64,000 nt of DNA. Origin: the human T2T-CHM13v2.0 reference genome, Homo sapiens. The stretch lies in the NCBI RefSeq assembly GCF_009914755.1, contig NC_060937.1; one strand, 5' to 3'. A program made the translations under genes and the position numbers. Positions 1 to 14,177 of this stretch are shown here, in pieces. How positions within the stretch are numbered: the stretch's first letter is position 1; each line of letters begins with the position of its first letter. The notes below the pieces were generated by a model. That model saw nothing but the letters and a program-made list of their open reading frames with translations. It had not been told where the DNA came from and did no database searches.

Positions 1-749
1 TTCATGATTATTACTGCAAGTAATTTTGTTGCATAGAAAAGAGGGTGTTAAAAAGTGCTTTGCTCCAAGTTTTAAATACGCTAGGTGTGCTTCTATCTCT
101 GGGTAGCACTCCTTTCTGGAGGGAACCTTCCATACTATCAGCATGTCTGGCCATCATCTCAAAAAGAAGCCTCTACTGCTTCTATATCCTCTGTACCTGC
201 CCATGACCTGACCTCACCCTACTGATTTAGATGATGTGAAGACACATCTGGTCTGCTAACTTCCCAGGCATATTAGACAGCTAACAATGTTTCCTTTAAG
301 TCAGTCCCATACGTATCAAAGTTTCTAGCACACAGATGGCATTCTTTCTAGTTTCCAATGATGTTTTATTTTTCTACCACTTTCCTCCCAATTTTACATT
401 TTGTAGGTTTTTCCCATGGTGTTCCCTTTCCAATGTCTTTCTGGAAGTCACACATTGACCACTAACAACAGGAGAGAGGACAAAGAAAGGCAGCAAAAGA
501 CTATTTCCAATGCGAAATATGATCAGGTAACTCAACACTCTTTTCTTGGGCATGTGGGGTGGGCAAAGGTGGGATGCCCTTCTGAAGGGTGCAAAGAAGC
601 TAGCTCATCCTTTGGAATGACACTTAAGCCTCCCAAGTTATTTCTATCTTGGATAATAAGAATTCTGGTTTTGAAATGAATGGTTGGAATGCATTTTCTT
701 TGATAAAATATGCACAAAATTTTAGAGCTAGAGTTTAAAAAACCAAGCC

Positions 750-860
750 CTTTATTTTATAGATGAAAAAAAAAAATAAATCCCAGAGGAGTAAAGTCAC
801 TTGAGTTAATCCCTCAAGGTAGTTAGTGGCAGAACTGGAACCAGAGCTCGGATCTACCTG
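750..860 (-). mobile_element. MIR SINE fragment
   Basis: ttttatagatga...cagaggagtaaagtcacttg...gttagtggcagaactggaaccag resembles the reverse MIR core. Confidence 0.6.
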
Positions 861-1424
861 TTCTTAATTAAGCATATTTTCTAATGGAGATATTGCTGTG
901 CTTGCTTTGACGTCATGCTTAACCTTTCTCCCCAGTTCCTGCTTCCTGGTTGCTGTGAGGATTCAATCTAATAATATATATTAGAATGTTCCTGAACCTC
1001 TAAAAGGCTTAAAAAATCTTGACAGGCTTACTGTTATTCTAATAAATGTTCCAAATAATAGAAGTTTCAAAAGGATGTAAATTGTGGCTTTTTGTGGAGT
1101 TCTGTATGAAATGCAGCCTTTTCTCTTTTACAGTGATATTGACATAATTCTGCTCCGATAAACTAATGTTCCTATCTCAAATGACTTCTTTGGCAGGAAC
1201 AAAAATTAATATGTTAATGCAAAAAAAGACACAGAAAGATTTCAAAACGGGGAACGGCAGAATGTCTTAAAAGTTACCAAGAGACAAATGCCGATGCTTA
1301 ATTTTTATTTTAAAATAAAGTATTCAGTATCTATATAATAACGTTAAATGCGCAAGCATTGTTTGTAATCATAACCCCTCCCCTTCTTCTATCTAATAGA
1401 AAATTTGCTAGTCTTTTATGTTTC

Positions 1425-1530
1425 TGCTTTATTCATTTATTTCTTTCCTTAAGCAAGTATTTATTGGAATATTATTATGTGCCATTTCTGTGGTTACAAC
1501 AATGAATACAAGAAGCTTCTATAGAGAGAA
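1425..1530 (-). mobile_element. L2 3' end fragment
   Basis: ttcatttattt...caagtatttattg...tatgtgcca...aatgaat resembles the reverse L2 terminus. Confidence 0.5.
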
Positions 1531-2875
1531 ACAGAGGCAATTATAATAAGTCATGGAAAGAACTAGGGTAGCAGAAGTAGTGTTAGAGAAGCAAGGAAAA
1601 TAGAGTTTAGTAAAACTTGAAACATTCAGATTTTCCATTAATAAGAAATTCTGTTAAGAGTATTATTGAGGGATTTGAGTGAAACCAAAAGTTTAAAAAT
1701 CATTTGAATTTTTAAAACTCAATGGTTTTAGTCTGTTGTGACCAAATATATTGAAAAATGGCTACTATTCAAATTCATTTAAAATTTATCCTCTGTTTAA
1801 TTTTTACTTTGTGAATGTGATTCTAGTTTATTTAATTTGGGAAATAATGAAAAAAGAGCTAGATTCTAAATTTCCTAGGTTTTGAGGACTGATGAAACAT
1901 TTCCCATTACTGAAATGTTATCTATTAAAACTGAAAAACTTGGGTTGAAATCTTTGGATGCATCAGCAATATGATCAATAGTCATGATTAAAGAAAGATA
2001 AAGAGTGACATGATGAGGCAAAAAGTGTTGATAGATATGGTTTGGAAATAAGAAAACTATGAATGCATTGCAGATAGGCAGATTAAATAGAGAATGTAGA
2101 AAGCATTTTTATAACAAGTCATTTAATTAAAATCTATGATTCTGACTGAGACACTAAATGGCTCTTTCTTTAAGGGTACACAAAATATATTTCCAGCTTG
2201 TTAAGAAATAAGGAAAAGTAAATAATTAGTGCCATGATCCTTAATTGTAAGAATAAGAACCACAGGGGAATTACTGTGCAATACTCAATTATGAACTAAT
2301 AAAAAAAGAGCATCATGAGAAAAGATCATGAGATCATTCTTTTCTGTGGGTAATTCCAGTAATAAATTCTAAGGACATACCATCTCTACATAGATGAATA
2401 AAGAATACCAAAAAGTAATCAAGAATCAAAGTTAATGGAAAAGAATTAGAAATGTGACATAATAAACGTGGGAGAGGGAGGGATGGTGAAGCTAAGGGAA
2501 GAAAAACAAAGCCCTCAAAAGCTGTCATATGTTCCTATTGTGTATGATCTATGTGAACAAGATCAGCAACCAAGGTAACATGAACACTGAGAGATACTGG
2601 AGAATTTTTTTATTATTCAAAAATATAATGAATACACGAATCATTTTTTGAAGATACAAGTGATAGAACTACAGACTACTGGAAATGAATAAGACTTTCT
2701 CTAAAAGAAAATGAAAATGTCGAAACAAATCGAATAATGTGAATATATCTTTAAGAATTTAGATGACAGATTTAAATCTTGAGTGTGTAATAAACCAAAG
2801 CAAAATGGCAGAAGATAAGTGAGATTGCACTTGCTGTAGGACCTCAAATTCTATTGTTTTGAGATCTGTACGCAA

Positions 2876-2905
2876 CAAAAAAAAAAAAAGAGAGAGAGAG
2901 AGAAA
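2876..2905. repeat. poly(A) plus (AG)n microsatellite
   Basis: A run followed by agagagagagagag. Confidence 0.85.
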
Positions 2906-3199
2906 ATTTAGGAGCATCTTAAGGAGGCCTATTTCTTACGATATTTGAACAGCTTTATCATACTTTGTGGCACTGTTGGTGATAGATGAGGGAGATGTTC
3001 GGAGAGAAAGTGAGAAAAGTGTTTTTCTATGATCTTGACAGTCTGATTACCTCTGAATTTCACACTCCCACTTTCAATGTACAAAACACCCTATTTTTCT
3101 CTTTTTGCTAAAGTATAGAGTCACATTGTTAGATACAAAACAAAGATCATCACTCCACGAAATTTTATAGAAACACTCAAAAGTATAGAAGATACAGGA

Positions 3200-3395
3200 A
3201 CAACAATAATTATAGGTGACAATATATGCCAGTCACTGTCTGTGGCCATGTATCTGTATTAAATCATGTAATCTTCACAACAGCCTGTGAAGAAGGCTGT
3301 TTTCATAGGAAGAAATGGAAACATCGAGAGGGGAAGAAAATTGTCCCATACCACACAGCTGAGAAAAGGTGGGACAGGCTTCAGTTCAAGTCACT
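3200..3395 (-). mobile_element. MIR SINE
   Basis: tatgccagtcactg...taatcttcacaacagcctgtga...gaaacatcgagagg...cacacagct. Confidence 0.7.
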
Positions 3396-3689
3396 TTAGT
3401 GCCTCTCTCATGTGGGTAAAAATGAAAGGAAGCATTGAAAAGACAATTTTTTTATACATATTTAGCCATTGCTTCCCAATAGTACAGAACAATGCAGAAT
3501 CCCTTTTAATTTTGTTGTTTGAAAACAACCTAATCCTGTTTGCTAATTCAGTGCCTAGATTTTTTTTCTTCTATCTCTCACACCAGTTCTTTTTCTTTTT
3601 TAAAACCTGAAAATTTCCAATTCACTTGATACATTTGTCAAAAAGAGTTTGTGAAAAATATCGAATTGGAGGGCAGCCTGTCTGTATCA

Positions 3690-4177
3690 GTGAGAATTAG
3701 AGTACTCATCTAGGAACTATTGAAGTAACTTGGACACTCAGGGTTTATTTCTTCATGTAAACAACAACAGCAAAGTTCAGAGGAGAGAGCCTGGAGAAAA
3801 GCATAAAATTATTAGAGACCCAGGGGCTTTCTCTCTCTGCTCATATTAGTTGTCTTCCATCTGCAAGATAATTGCACTATGTAAGGTTGTGGCAGGAGTT
3901 CCATCTGCATCACTGCGGTAAAAGAAAGGAAAGAAAGAGAGAGGAGTGGGGCATGAAGCACTTGCCTTTTAAAGGAATATCCCAGAGAATCCACAGAGCA
4001 TTTCCTTTTCCCATTGATCAGAAATTAGTCAGATGGCCACATCTAACAGCAAAGAATAACTGGGAAATCTAGTCTTTTAACTGGACACAGTGCTATCCTG
4101 AATAAAACTGGAGTTTTGTTACTAAGGTGGATGGTGGAAATGGATGTTGTTGGAAAGAACGAATAGCTTTTGCCACT
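3690..4177 (-). mobile_element. old MaLR LTR (MLT1J/K-like)
   Basis: cattgatcagaaattagtcagatggccacatctaacagcaaagaataactgggaaatctagtc, terminus gcttttgccac; left boundary uncertain. Confidence 0.6.
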
Positions 4178-5346
4178 GTGTCATCAAGAAAATTATGGAC
4201 ATCCAGAGTGACATGAGAAAGAAGACTGGGGTGAAAGCCCAGTTTGGAAAGCCAGTATAAAATTACAAGAGTCAATGGGAGGCAACTGTGTGCTATAGAA
4301 CTGGATTAGGTTTACTTGTGATTAACTATAATGGATTAACTTTTCAAATTGGTTGGTGTTAACTTCTACCTAAAGGGGCTTCTTATAGGCTGGATTTACA
4401 TAGGAATCATTACCTTAAAATTCTTTTAGAAAGGAAAGAGAGCCCCAGCTTGATTATTCTAAGACTGAAATCCTTAAAATCAATCAGACATGGTCCCAGC
4501 CCTCCCCTTTCTGCTCCTCAGAATATAACACACTGGCTTAGGGGTAAGGGGAGAACCTCTCTTCCTTTCTTCTTTTTTTTTTTTTTTGTCTTAAGCCACC
4601 ATCTCTGAGTACCAAGGTACAGTAGAGATACACACCAAAGAAATCTTTAGAGGATTGCGCTCCACTCTTTTTATCTCACTTCAAATTATAGAAATGGAAC
4701 TGCCACCAGATAAGGACATTTTCATAAACACTTTACTTCTATGTTCCAATGGATGCTGATGAGAGAACATATGTACACACAGCCATATTCACAAACATTT
4801 ATAACCTCCAGCAACTATAAAGTCTCATCTGTTGTATAAAGAAAGCTTCTATTTCCAGTGCAATTTGCCAGCGGACGCTGATCACTTGACAGTTATATTT
4901 AAAGGCAGCAGGCTCCTGACTCGAAATCCTATGCACTAAACACCTGTTCCCTGTCAGAAAATGCAGCTGACATTTTTCTAAAAGACCTAGTTATTTTGTT
5001 GGAATAGTTCTCTGCCCCATGGACCTCATAAAGACAAGTCAGTGGATTGTGTGAGATTTTAACAGGCTCTATGTTGAAAGCAGAGCCCTCCAAGGCTCTT
5101 GACATGTGAAGCAAACACAGGAAGACCAGTTTGCCAACAGACAAAATGCCATTAGCTGCCTCATTCTCAGCTATTCTGCCAAGAGAAACTAGCATCCTCT
5201 GATACTATTGTTGGCATAGTATTGTGACATTGCATCTGAGTTTCAGATTCTTTAAAAAAATCATTAAGCATCTGGTTATAAAGATTATTCATGTTTACTA
5301 TAGTTAATTATAAATGTATAAAAATCACAAATAAAAGAATACATAT

Positions 5347-5812
5347 TGTCAAGATTTGCAAGCTGAAAAGTTAACCTGCTGCAGTTTTATAGACACTGGT
5401 AGAAGACATGAGACTCCTAGAGCAGAGATAAAAGTTTACTACAGCAGTAGAGCATCAGCAGGTTTTGAACCATTTCCTGAGCCCCAGTTCCCAGGGGATG
5501 ATACAAAAGGGGCATGATGGCCCCTATACACACAGTGGGTTATGTTACAGGAAAGGAATACTGAGCTTAGGGAACCTGAATCTCTTTCTATGGGCAATAG
5601 CCTGGCTAAACTTGGTCTTGAAGGGAGACATTCTCTTTATTAAACTGGACAGTGAACAAACCTACCCATTGTTCTAGAGGGAAACACTATTTTCCAACCC
5701 TGTTCACAATGCAAATATTCCTGGGAAGATAATCTGTAAAATGAGCAGTCAGTATCTCTACTTGCAAAATAAGCAGAAATTTAAGAGATCCATGGAAAAT
5801 TGTCTCCCAATA
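5347..5812 (-). mobile_element. ERVL solo LTR (LTR40-like)
   Basis: minus strand begins tattgggagacaattttccatggatctc and ends gcaaatcttgaca, similar to LTR40 termini. Confidence 0.65.
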
Positions 5813-5959
5813 TACATAAACCAAATCTCCAGGGTGTGGGGGTGGTGGTGATATTGGTATCTTGATGTATATGTTTGGATAAACATATATTTATTTTAAA
5901 AAATTAAACCTTTAATAATACTACCTTAAGTATATATAGTGCATTTCACTCCATAATTT

Positions 5960-6255
5960 TATAGAATATAGTGTTCCAAACTACAGATTTACTATTTTTA
6001 AAAAATTAACAATTTTTTTGTTGTTGGACATTGCAAATGTTTCTAAATTGCTACTATTATAATCAATACTCACTAAAAAATTTTTGTACATGAATTTTTG
6101 TGTATAGATGTGATGACTTAGGGTAAATTCTGAAAGTGGTGTTTCTGGGGAAAAAAGTTAATGGTTATTTTTGAAGCTTTTGATAAATCTTGCCAAATTA
6201 TTCCAAGAAAAGATTGTACCAATTTGCACTCCCATCAACAATTTATAGAGGAATT
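5960..6255 (-). mobile_element. ancient L1M ORF2 3' fragment
   Basis: ttgttggacatt...gattgtaccaatttgcactcccatcaacaat. Confidence 0.65.
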
Positions 6256-6769
6256 TCCATGTTTATGACAATAATTTAATTTGAAAATAAGACTAATATT
6301 AAAATACTGAAGTAATATCTGTGATTTTAATCATCAAATAATAATGATGTTTATAAACAAACACAATTGAATACTGGTTTTCTTCTTTTCCTAAGTGCTA
6401 TGTCATGATTCCCTTTCAATTAGTAGTTAGAGTTCAGAATAATCAGTGTTCTGTGTCTAGCAAGCACTCAACCAAGAGAGGGCTAGGATGCTCTTCCACA
6501 CCATCTGTTTCTTTATTTTAGCAAATAAAAGTAAATGCTAAGCCACATCTTAGACACAAGCAAACCAAAAGGAACAGGTTTCTTACTTTATTGGAGTTTG
6601 CAATCTAGGATTTGCGATGCATGAAAGAAACTCCAAATAAACCTTGATGTCCTCTTATACACTGTAATCTGAAAATGTTCTTTGTGTGTGGAATTTACTT
6701 AGATAAAATACATTTACACACAGACAAGTGCCTGCAAAACAATAAAACAGTAAATAGATTGCTTCATTT

Positions 6770-8356
6770 TTTAAAAAGTTTTTAAAAAATTGTACTGTGT
6801 ATAAGGTGTACAACATCATGTTATGAGATACATGTAGAGAGTAAAAAGGTTACAATGGTGACTCAAATTAACATGTCCATCATCTCACATGGTTATCCTT
6901 TTTTTGTTTTTGTGGTAAGAACAGCTAGAATCTACCCCTTGAGCAGAGATTCTATATACAGTACAATTTTATTATATCTATAGACCTCATGTTGTATATT
7001 AGATCTCTAGACCTGTTCATCCTACATATCTGCTACTTTATATCCTCCTACCTACATGTCTTCATTCACTCCCCTTACCCTGCTCCTTGTAATCCCTGTA
7101 TTATTTTCTATCTCTATATATTTATTTTTTTTTAGATTTCACGTATAAGTGAGATCATGCAATATTTTCATTTTTTTTGGCTTATTTCACTTGGCACAGT
7201 GTCCTCCAGGCTCATCCATATTGTGGTAAATGACAAGATCTCATTCTTCCTTTAGGGTGGAATCATATTCTATTATATATATGTACCACAGTTTTTTTAT
7301 CCATTTGTCCAATGATGGACACAGGATTTTTCCTTATCTTGGCTATTGTTAGTAATGCTACAATGAACATGAGTGCAGGTATCTTTATGATGTAGTGACT
7401 TCATTCCCTTTGGGTATAAATGCAGAAGATGGAATTACTGGGTCACATGTTAATTCTGTTTTTATTTTATTTTATTTTTTTAGAAATCACCATACTGTTT
7501 TCTATAATGGTGGCACCAATATATATTCCCACCAACAGTGCACAAGCATTCCCTTTCTCCACGTCCTTGTCAATATTTATCTTTTAACTTTTTGATAATA
7601 GTCATCCTAACAGTTGTGCAGTGGCATCATGAGTGGTTTTGATGTGTATTTCCCTGATGACTAATGATGTTGAGCACCATTTTATATATCTGTCAGCCAT
7701 TTTTATGTCTTCTATGGAGGAATGTTTATTCAGGTCTTTTGCCTATATTTTATTTGAACTATTTGTCCACTATTTTTAATATTTTTCACTATTAAGTTGT
7801 ATGAGTTTTTTAAATTGGATATTAATCCCTTACCTCCCTTGGTTTCCAAATATTTTTCCCAATTTATAGACTGATGTTTCCATTTGTTAATTATTTCCTT
7901 TATTGTGTAGAAGCTTTTGTTGTTTGACATGGGACCATTTGTTTACTTTTGTATTTGTGGCCTGAGTGTAATATCAAAAGAAAAATTATTGCCAAGGCCA
8001 ATGTTCAGAAGCTATTTCTCTATGTTCTCTTCTAGGAGTTATATAGTTTCTGGTCTACCATGCAGGTCTTTAATCCATTTTGAATTGATTTTTGAGTATG
8101 GTGTAAGGGTCCAATCTCATTGTTTGTATGTAGAAATCTAGTTTTCCCAGAACCATTTGTTGAAGAAACTCTCCTTTCTATGTTGTGTCCTTTTGGTGAC
8201 CTTGTTAAAAATCCATTGACTGTATATGCTTGGATTTATTTCTTGGCTTTCTATCTTCTATGCATCTGTTTTCATGCCAGCATCATACTGTTTTGCTTAT
8301 TATAGCTTTATAATATAATTTTAAATGAAGTGTGATGCCTCCTACTTTGTTTTTCT
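6770..8356 (-). mobile_element. 5'-truncated L1MA (L1MA8-10-like)
   Basis: L1 3'UTR plus ORF2 C-terminus; perfect 15-bp TSD TAGATTGCTTCATTT at 6755-6769 and 8357-8371. Confidence 0.9.
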
Positions 8357-8477
8357 TAGATTGCTTCATTTAAATCAGTGCTATGTAAAATTGTTCTGCT
8401 ATGAAATAACACACATAATTTGTTTGTTCATCAGTTTATTCACTCATTCAACAAATATACATAAATTTTTCTCCAAT

Positions 8478-8532
8478 CCATCCTTCCTTCTTTCCTTCCT
8501 TCCTTCCTTCCTTCCATCTTTCCTTCCTTTCC
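8478..8532. repeat. (TTCC)n microsatellite
   Basis: tccttccttc repeats. Confidence 0.85.
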
Positions 8533-8875
8533 CAATTCTAGTTGTTCTCATCAAACCCTTGCTCCTCTAATTAGGATATTTTAGTGGGCTTAATATATAA
8601 TAGTTATTTCCTATCCCTTCAGGTTTAGAACCAATGGAGAGAGAATCACAGAAGTTGGGCAAATGAGCATCAAATTACCCACTTTATAAAGTTCTCTGAA
8701 GAATATAACTTGCAATATGCTCATGCTTTACTCCAGAATTCAATTTACTTACCCAGTCATAGTCTGAACTAGAAAACCATCAGTTTTTCCAGCAGAAAAC
8801 GTAAGGCACAGAGGAATAGAGTAAGTGTGCTTCTGGGGATCAAGCTCATGTCCAAACAGGAATGAGCTTGTAGAA

Positions 8876-9097
8876 CAAGCTTATCCAACCCTCGGCTTGT
8901 GGGCCGCATGTGGCTCAGGTTTTGAATGCAGCCCAACTCAAATTTGTAAACTTTCTTAAAACATTATGGGATATTTTTCGATTTTTTTTTTTTTTTTTGC
9001 TCAAGAGCTATTACTAATGTTAGTGTATTTTATGTGTGGCCTAAGACGATTCTTCTTCCAGTGTGCCCCAAGGAAGCCAAAAGATTGGACACCCCTG
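8876..9097 (-). mobile_element. MER30 hAT-Charlie MITE
   Basis: caagcttatccaacc...gaagccaaaagattggacacccctg matches the full MER30 structure. Confidence 0.9.
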
Positions 9098-12000
9098 GAA
9101 ACTCATCAGTCAGAGGAGATGTGAGTGAGAGGCCTGAAGTGACCCTTTCTGGAAATTCTTCCATATGAAAACATGGGAGGAGGGAGGTGAGTGTTCTATC
9201 CTGATGCCTATGAGTTATGAAGAAAGAGAAGGATTTTAACAATCTCTTTAACAAATCTTCTCATTTAATGGAATAGGAAAAGAGGGGGAATAAATTGCTC
9301 AAACTCTCACAATGAGATAGGGGTAAAACCAGGACTAGATGCCAATTTTTATGGATGTCAGCCCAACGATATTCCATAAAGTATTTGGCAATCTGGCAAA
9401 ACTCAATCTGCATTTTAAAAATATAGCCAAAATTTGGGATTAGCAAAAATGTGGTGTTTTTTTTTTTGGTCAGGACACTGTTTTTTAAAATTAACAATGA
9501 TTATTTTTCATACTCATGGTTTACATTTAAAGTGTTTACATTTAAAGGGTGAATAATTTTTTTGTCCTGTTTTGCAGAGAAGAAATCTATTTTATAAGGA
9601 ACTTCCATTTGTATTATTTCAGATTACAATGCATTAGGATTAATATAGTTGAAACTTGGCCTGAGAAGAAAGAGGGGAGGCTAAATGCCAAGAGCTAAAT
9701 TCCACAGCTATGACCATTTTCGTGAGCTGATTCACTCCTGTTTGTACTTTGGAGGAAGAAGCTTGGAATACAGAGAAGCATGCAGGCAGCAACCCAGGTT
9801 AACTGCTTTGAAGAACTCACAGTATAGTGAAGAAATTGGCTAAAATACCCTATAATTTTTATGTAATGATTTTGCATTACACTAGGAAGAGAAAGGCAGT
9901 TTTGCAAAATTTCTTTGTTAGGAGAGGAGGAGGGTGTGGTGCAGTAAAAAGAAGGACAGAGGCAATGCTTATTGTTTATGGTTGCTTGTCATTTCATAGG
10001 TTTCCTATGTAGGAACCACATGTGCAAAAATGGCAAAAGAAAGAGAGGAGCAAGAGATCCGCTTATGATAATCCAACAAAACAATAACTGGAACAGAAAA
10101 GAAAACGACGGCCAATCAAACCCCTGAGTGACTCCACATTGTCTTTAATTCTCCTCTAATCAAAGAGCAGCACACAGTTGTGAGAGGTGGTCCGAGCCGG
10201 GGAGATTATGCAGAGAGTGACTCCATTCAGAGAAATTTTGGCATGATTCCTAACCTCTTAGCCTGAGGGAGAATTTCTTAAATTTTATTTGTGGTTCTCA
10301 CCTGAGAGAATTGATGCCTTCAAGAGAGCACCAGACAGAGGCTAAACAGACATGCAATAAAATTATCCTCCTTGGATGGGTCAGGAGCTGGCTGATAACT
10401 TACTCTAAGCCTACATCAATCAGGGAGCAGCAGGGGCATCCACAGTCAAGGAGAGCTGAAGGTGGCAGGGCGTACAGCCGCAGATCATCTTAAATAAAGA
10501 TACAGAAGGCAGACTCTCATAAAAGAAACCATAAATGAAACAATGAATAACGACTTCTGTTTATCATTCTCTATTGTTTGCAACTTTCACAATAAGCGTG
10601 TATTGTTTTCTTAAATAAATAGCAAACAATAAACTCATATTGATATGGCATCAATTTTCACTGAATACCCTAAGAGGAAGCCATGTTTTTCCTGCGTTTT
10701 GTAAAGCTTACAGGTGGATTTCTTTTTTCTTTTCTTAAAAAGAGTACATTCGGACTGATCAGTGAGTTCATGCATCTGGGTAAATGGATAAGCAAATATT
10801 AAATTTGACATCACTGTTTTCATTATTACTCATTTCAGAAATTCAGGTTTATAAAATGCATTCTAGCTGAGTTTTAAAAAGATCAGACTATCTTGTGGTC
10901 ATTGAAATTTATGGAACTCTGTCTAATACCCTCAACTGGATTAGATTTTAGCTCTACAAACAGCCTTATTTCTTAAGAGCTAGGACCTGAAATTAAATTA
11001 TAAATTGATACTATCAATAGCAGAAATGTTATCTTGAGCCTGGAAGGCCAGAAGGCTGATTGAATCTCATTCATCACAGATGCACTTTGCTAGTGATGGC
11101 TGTGTTTGGGCACAAGGGTGTGTTTATGTGTTATAACCAGTGGGTTGGTTAGCTGAGCTGGTTAGCACACAGTGCAAATGGGTGCAGCAGGAAATGCTCT
11201 ATGGCTCCTTAAGCCAGTTTCCTTTGCTTTGCTTAGTGATGATTAATGGTGATCCAGATCCTACATGGTGGTTTCATTTCCCACTGATGAGCCCAATAAT
11301 ACAACCAACTTTACGCATGAAAAACTTAAAGCTATTTTTTAATAGATTCAAGGAGGTACAAAATCTAATAAAAGTCAAATAGATCAATGCTTCAATGTGC
11401 TTATAGGCCTTTTTTAAGTTCCCACAGAGAACTTTCCATGTTCACTGTCTCATTTTTACAAAACTCTATGCCTTGTTCCATTTGAATCACAAATAGTGAC
11501 ATCCTTGAACTAGACCTAAAATGACTGTCAACTAAAACCCAACCATTTACAGAATAGTCCATGGCCCTAATGAGGGAGCCTACCGTGAGAGCTGGGCTCA
11601 AAAATTAAGTAGCAAATCTGATAAGATCTTCTCTTTTAGGGGATTTTAAGTATAAAATACACGGAGAGGGACACAATCACATGGGTGATGCACAAGAGAA
11701 GGTAGCAAGAAGAAGGAATAATCCAGTAGAAATTATGAGGTAGCAGATGTTACGAACAAGGAAGAATTGTGTGGCAGATTGCAGAGTAGAGAATATTTCA
11801 TCAGGAGCAGCCAGAACAACAGCAGGAAGGTGCAACGGAGAGTAGCTGGATAACCATGCTGAGTAATGCATAAAGGAAGTCTTTACGGCCATGTTATAAA
11901 GTGAATGGCATTTCTCTTCTCCACTATGCCCAACTTTGTTAATGTGGAAGGATGCTGAAACTTATTCTATACTCTTGGAAGCCTGGCTATGCAGCTGTTT

Positions 12001-12149
12001 CCAATCTCTTTTACTTCTTTGTGCACCCCTTATAATAAAACTCTATCAGTTGAGGTTTTCTGAGGGCAAATTTGTGCTTGCTACCTGAAGGGTCTTAATA
12101 TGCAAACATTACTGTATTTGCAGGAAAGAAAGTATTTTATTGCCCTAGA

Positions 12150-12770
<621 letters not shown>

Positions 12771-13364
12771 GGAATTAATTAACCTAAGTGGATAATTGGA
12801 ATATTACATAACTGATAATATTTGATAGTGGCTCTATAGGTGGTATTTAGGAGAAATTTAATAAAGAAATAAGTACACATTCAAATAGTGCTGGGACAAT
12901 CAATGTGTAGAAGTGCTTGAGATAAAGATACTACCTAGTTTACTGATTATGTCTCTATATTTTCTTATTGGAAAGATATTAGAAATCAAAGCAAGTTATT
13001 ATGTCAGTCCGAGGTGTGGAGGTTGATAAAAGCCTTCCACGTGTTTGTCACTTGAAGGCTACATTTAGGTATAATGGAACTCAATTAAAACAAACCTGGC
13101 TTTATACTCAAAAATCAATTTTGCATATCATGTTTTATATATTTGATTCTGTATCTATAGGAAGGTTAGAATTTGACATTAATTCATAAACTAGAAGGGC
13201 ACATAAAAGAATAATGTGGTGAGAAGCCCTTACCACTCATAACTATGAGATGAATGGAGGATAAAAAATAACATCCTAACTTAAAAAATTAAACAAGTTT
13301 CTTTTTACAGGATAAATGAAACATTAATAAATGCTATGATTGTGTTAATTTGAAAATAACATTT

Positions 13365-13501
13365 TTGTGACAGGGTTTTTTTCTGTTGCCCAGGCTAGAG
13401 TGCAGCAATCATAGCTCACTTGAACTCCTGGCCTCAAGCAATACTTTTGCCTCAGTCTCCCAAAATGCTGGAATCATAGGGGTGAACTACTGTGCCTAGC
13501 C
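13365..13501 (-). mobile_element. monomer-length AluJ-like element (left-arm/right-arm chimera)
   Basis: TSD TGAAAATAACATTT at 13351-13364 and 13502-13515. Confidence 0.85.
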
Positions 13502-14177
13502 TGAAAATAACATTTCTTTGGTTAATTGCTGTTTCAACTAAAAACTGAGACATAGGATGAATGGTTCTTTGTCTTAGCTGGGTTGGCTGTGGATGGAGTT
13601 TTGCAGAGTCAGTTAAAATATCCAGACAGGGACAGCAATGGCATTGGCAGAATCAGTTAAAGCAGTAGCAGTGAAGGACAGAGAGGCACATGTGGTGTCC
13701 ATTGCCATTTGCATTGGGAATAGACCCTGATGTAAGATTAGCAGCAGCATCAATAGCCTCAGAAAAATAGCTGTCAACTATAGAAGGAGCATCAGGATCT
13801 ACTCCGAAGGCAGAGAGGGATTACTTCACCTGACAGTACATCTGCACTTAAAAGGTCAAAAACAACCTCTGTTGTTGAGAGTACTAGTGGTTCTAGGGGG
13901 AATGAAGTCTCAGTAACACACACTGTGGGGTGTGTGTGGATGGGTGGAGGGGGCCTTAGGGAGGACGAGGAGAGAGGAAGGGAGTAAGGAGGAACAATGC
14001 AAATATCTGTGCTGATAACCCAAGACCTTGAATTATCCCCGCTCAATTTAACTGGAGGATGGGAAGAGATTATAGAAGCAAGCATAACATGGAAAGAAAA
14101 CATAACTAGATTTTCTTTCTCTTCTCCCTTTTCCTTCCTTCCTTCCTTTACTCCATCTCTTTGTCTTTCTATTCTAA

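Noticed and set aside
9519-9547. GTTTACATTTAAAG duplicated (forkhead-like motifs)
   Set aside because: A 15-bp-period slippage duplication; common, with no further support.
11600-12100. Possible very old plus-strand LTR
   Set aside because: Only the AATAAA-containing 3' end is suggestive; family and boundaries cannot be supported.
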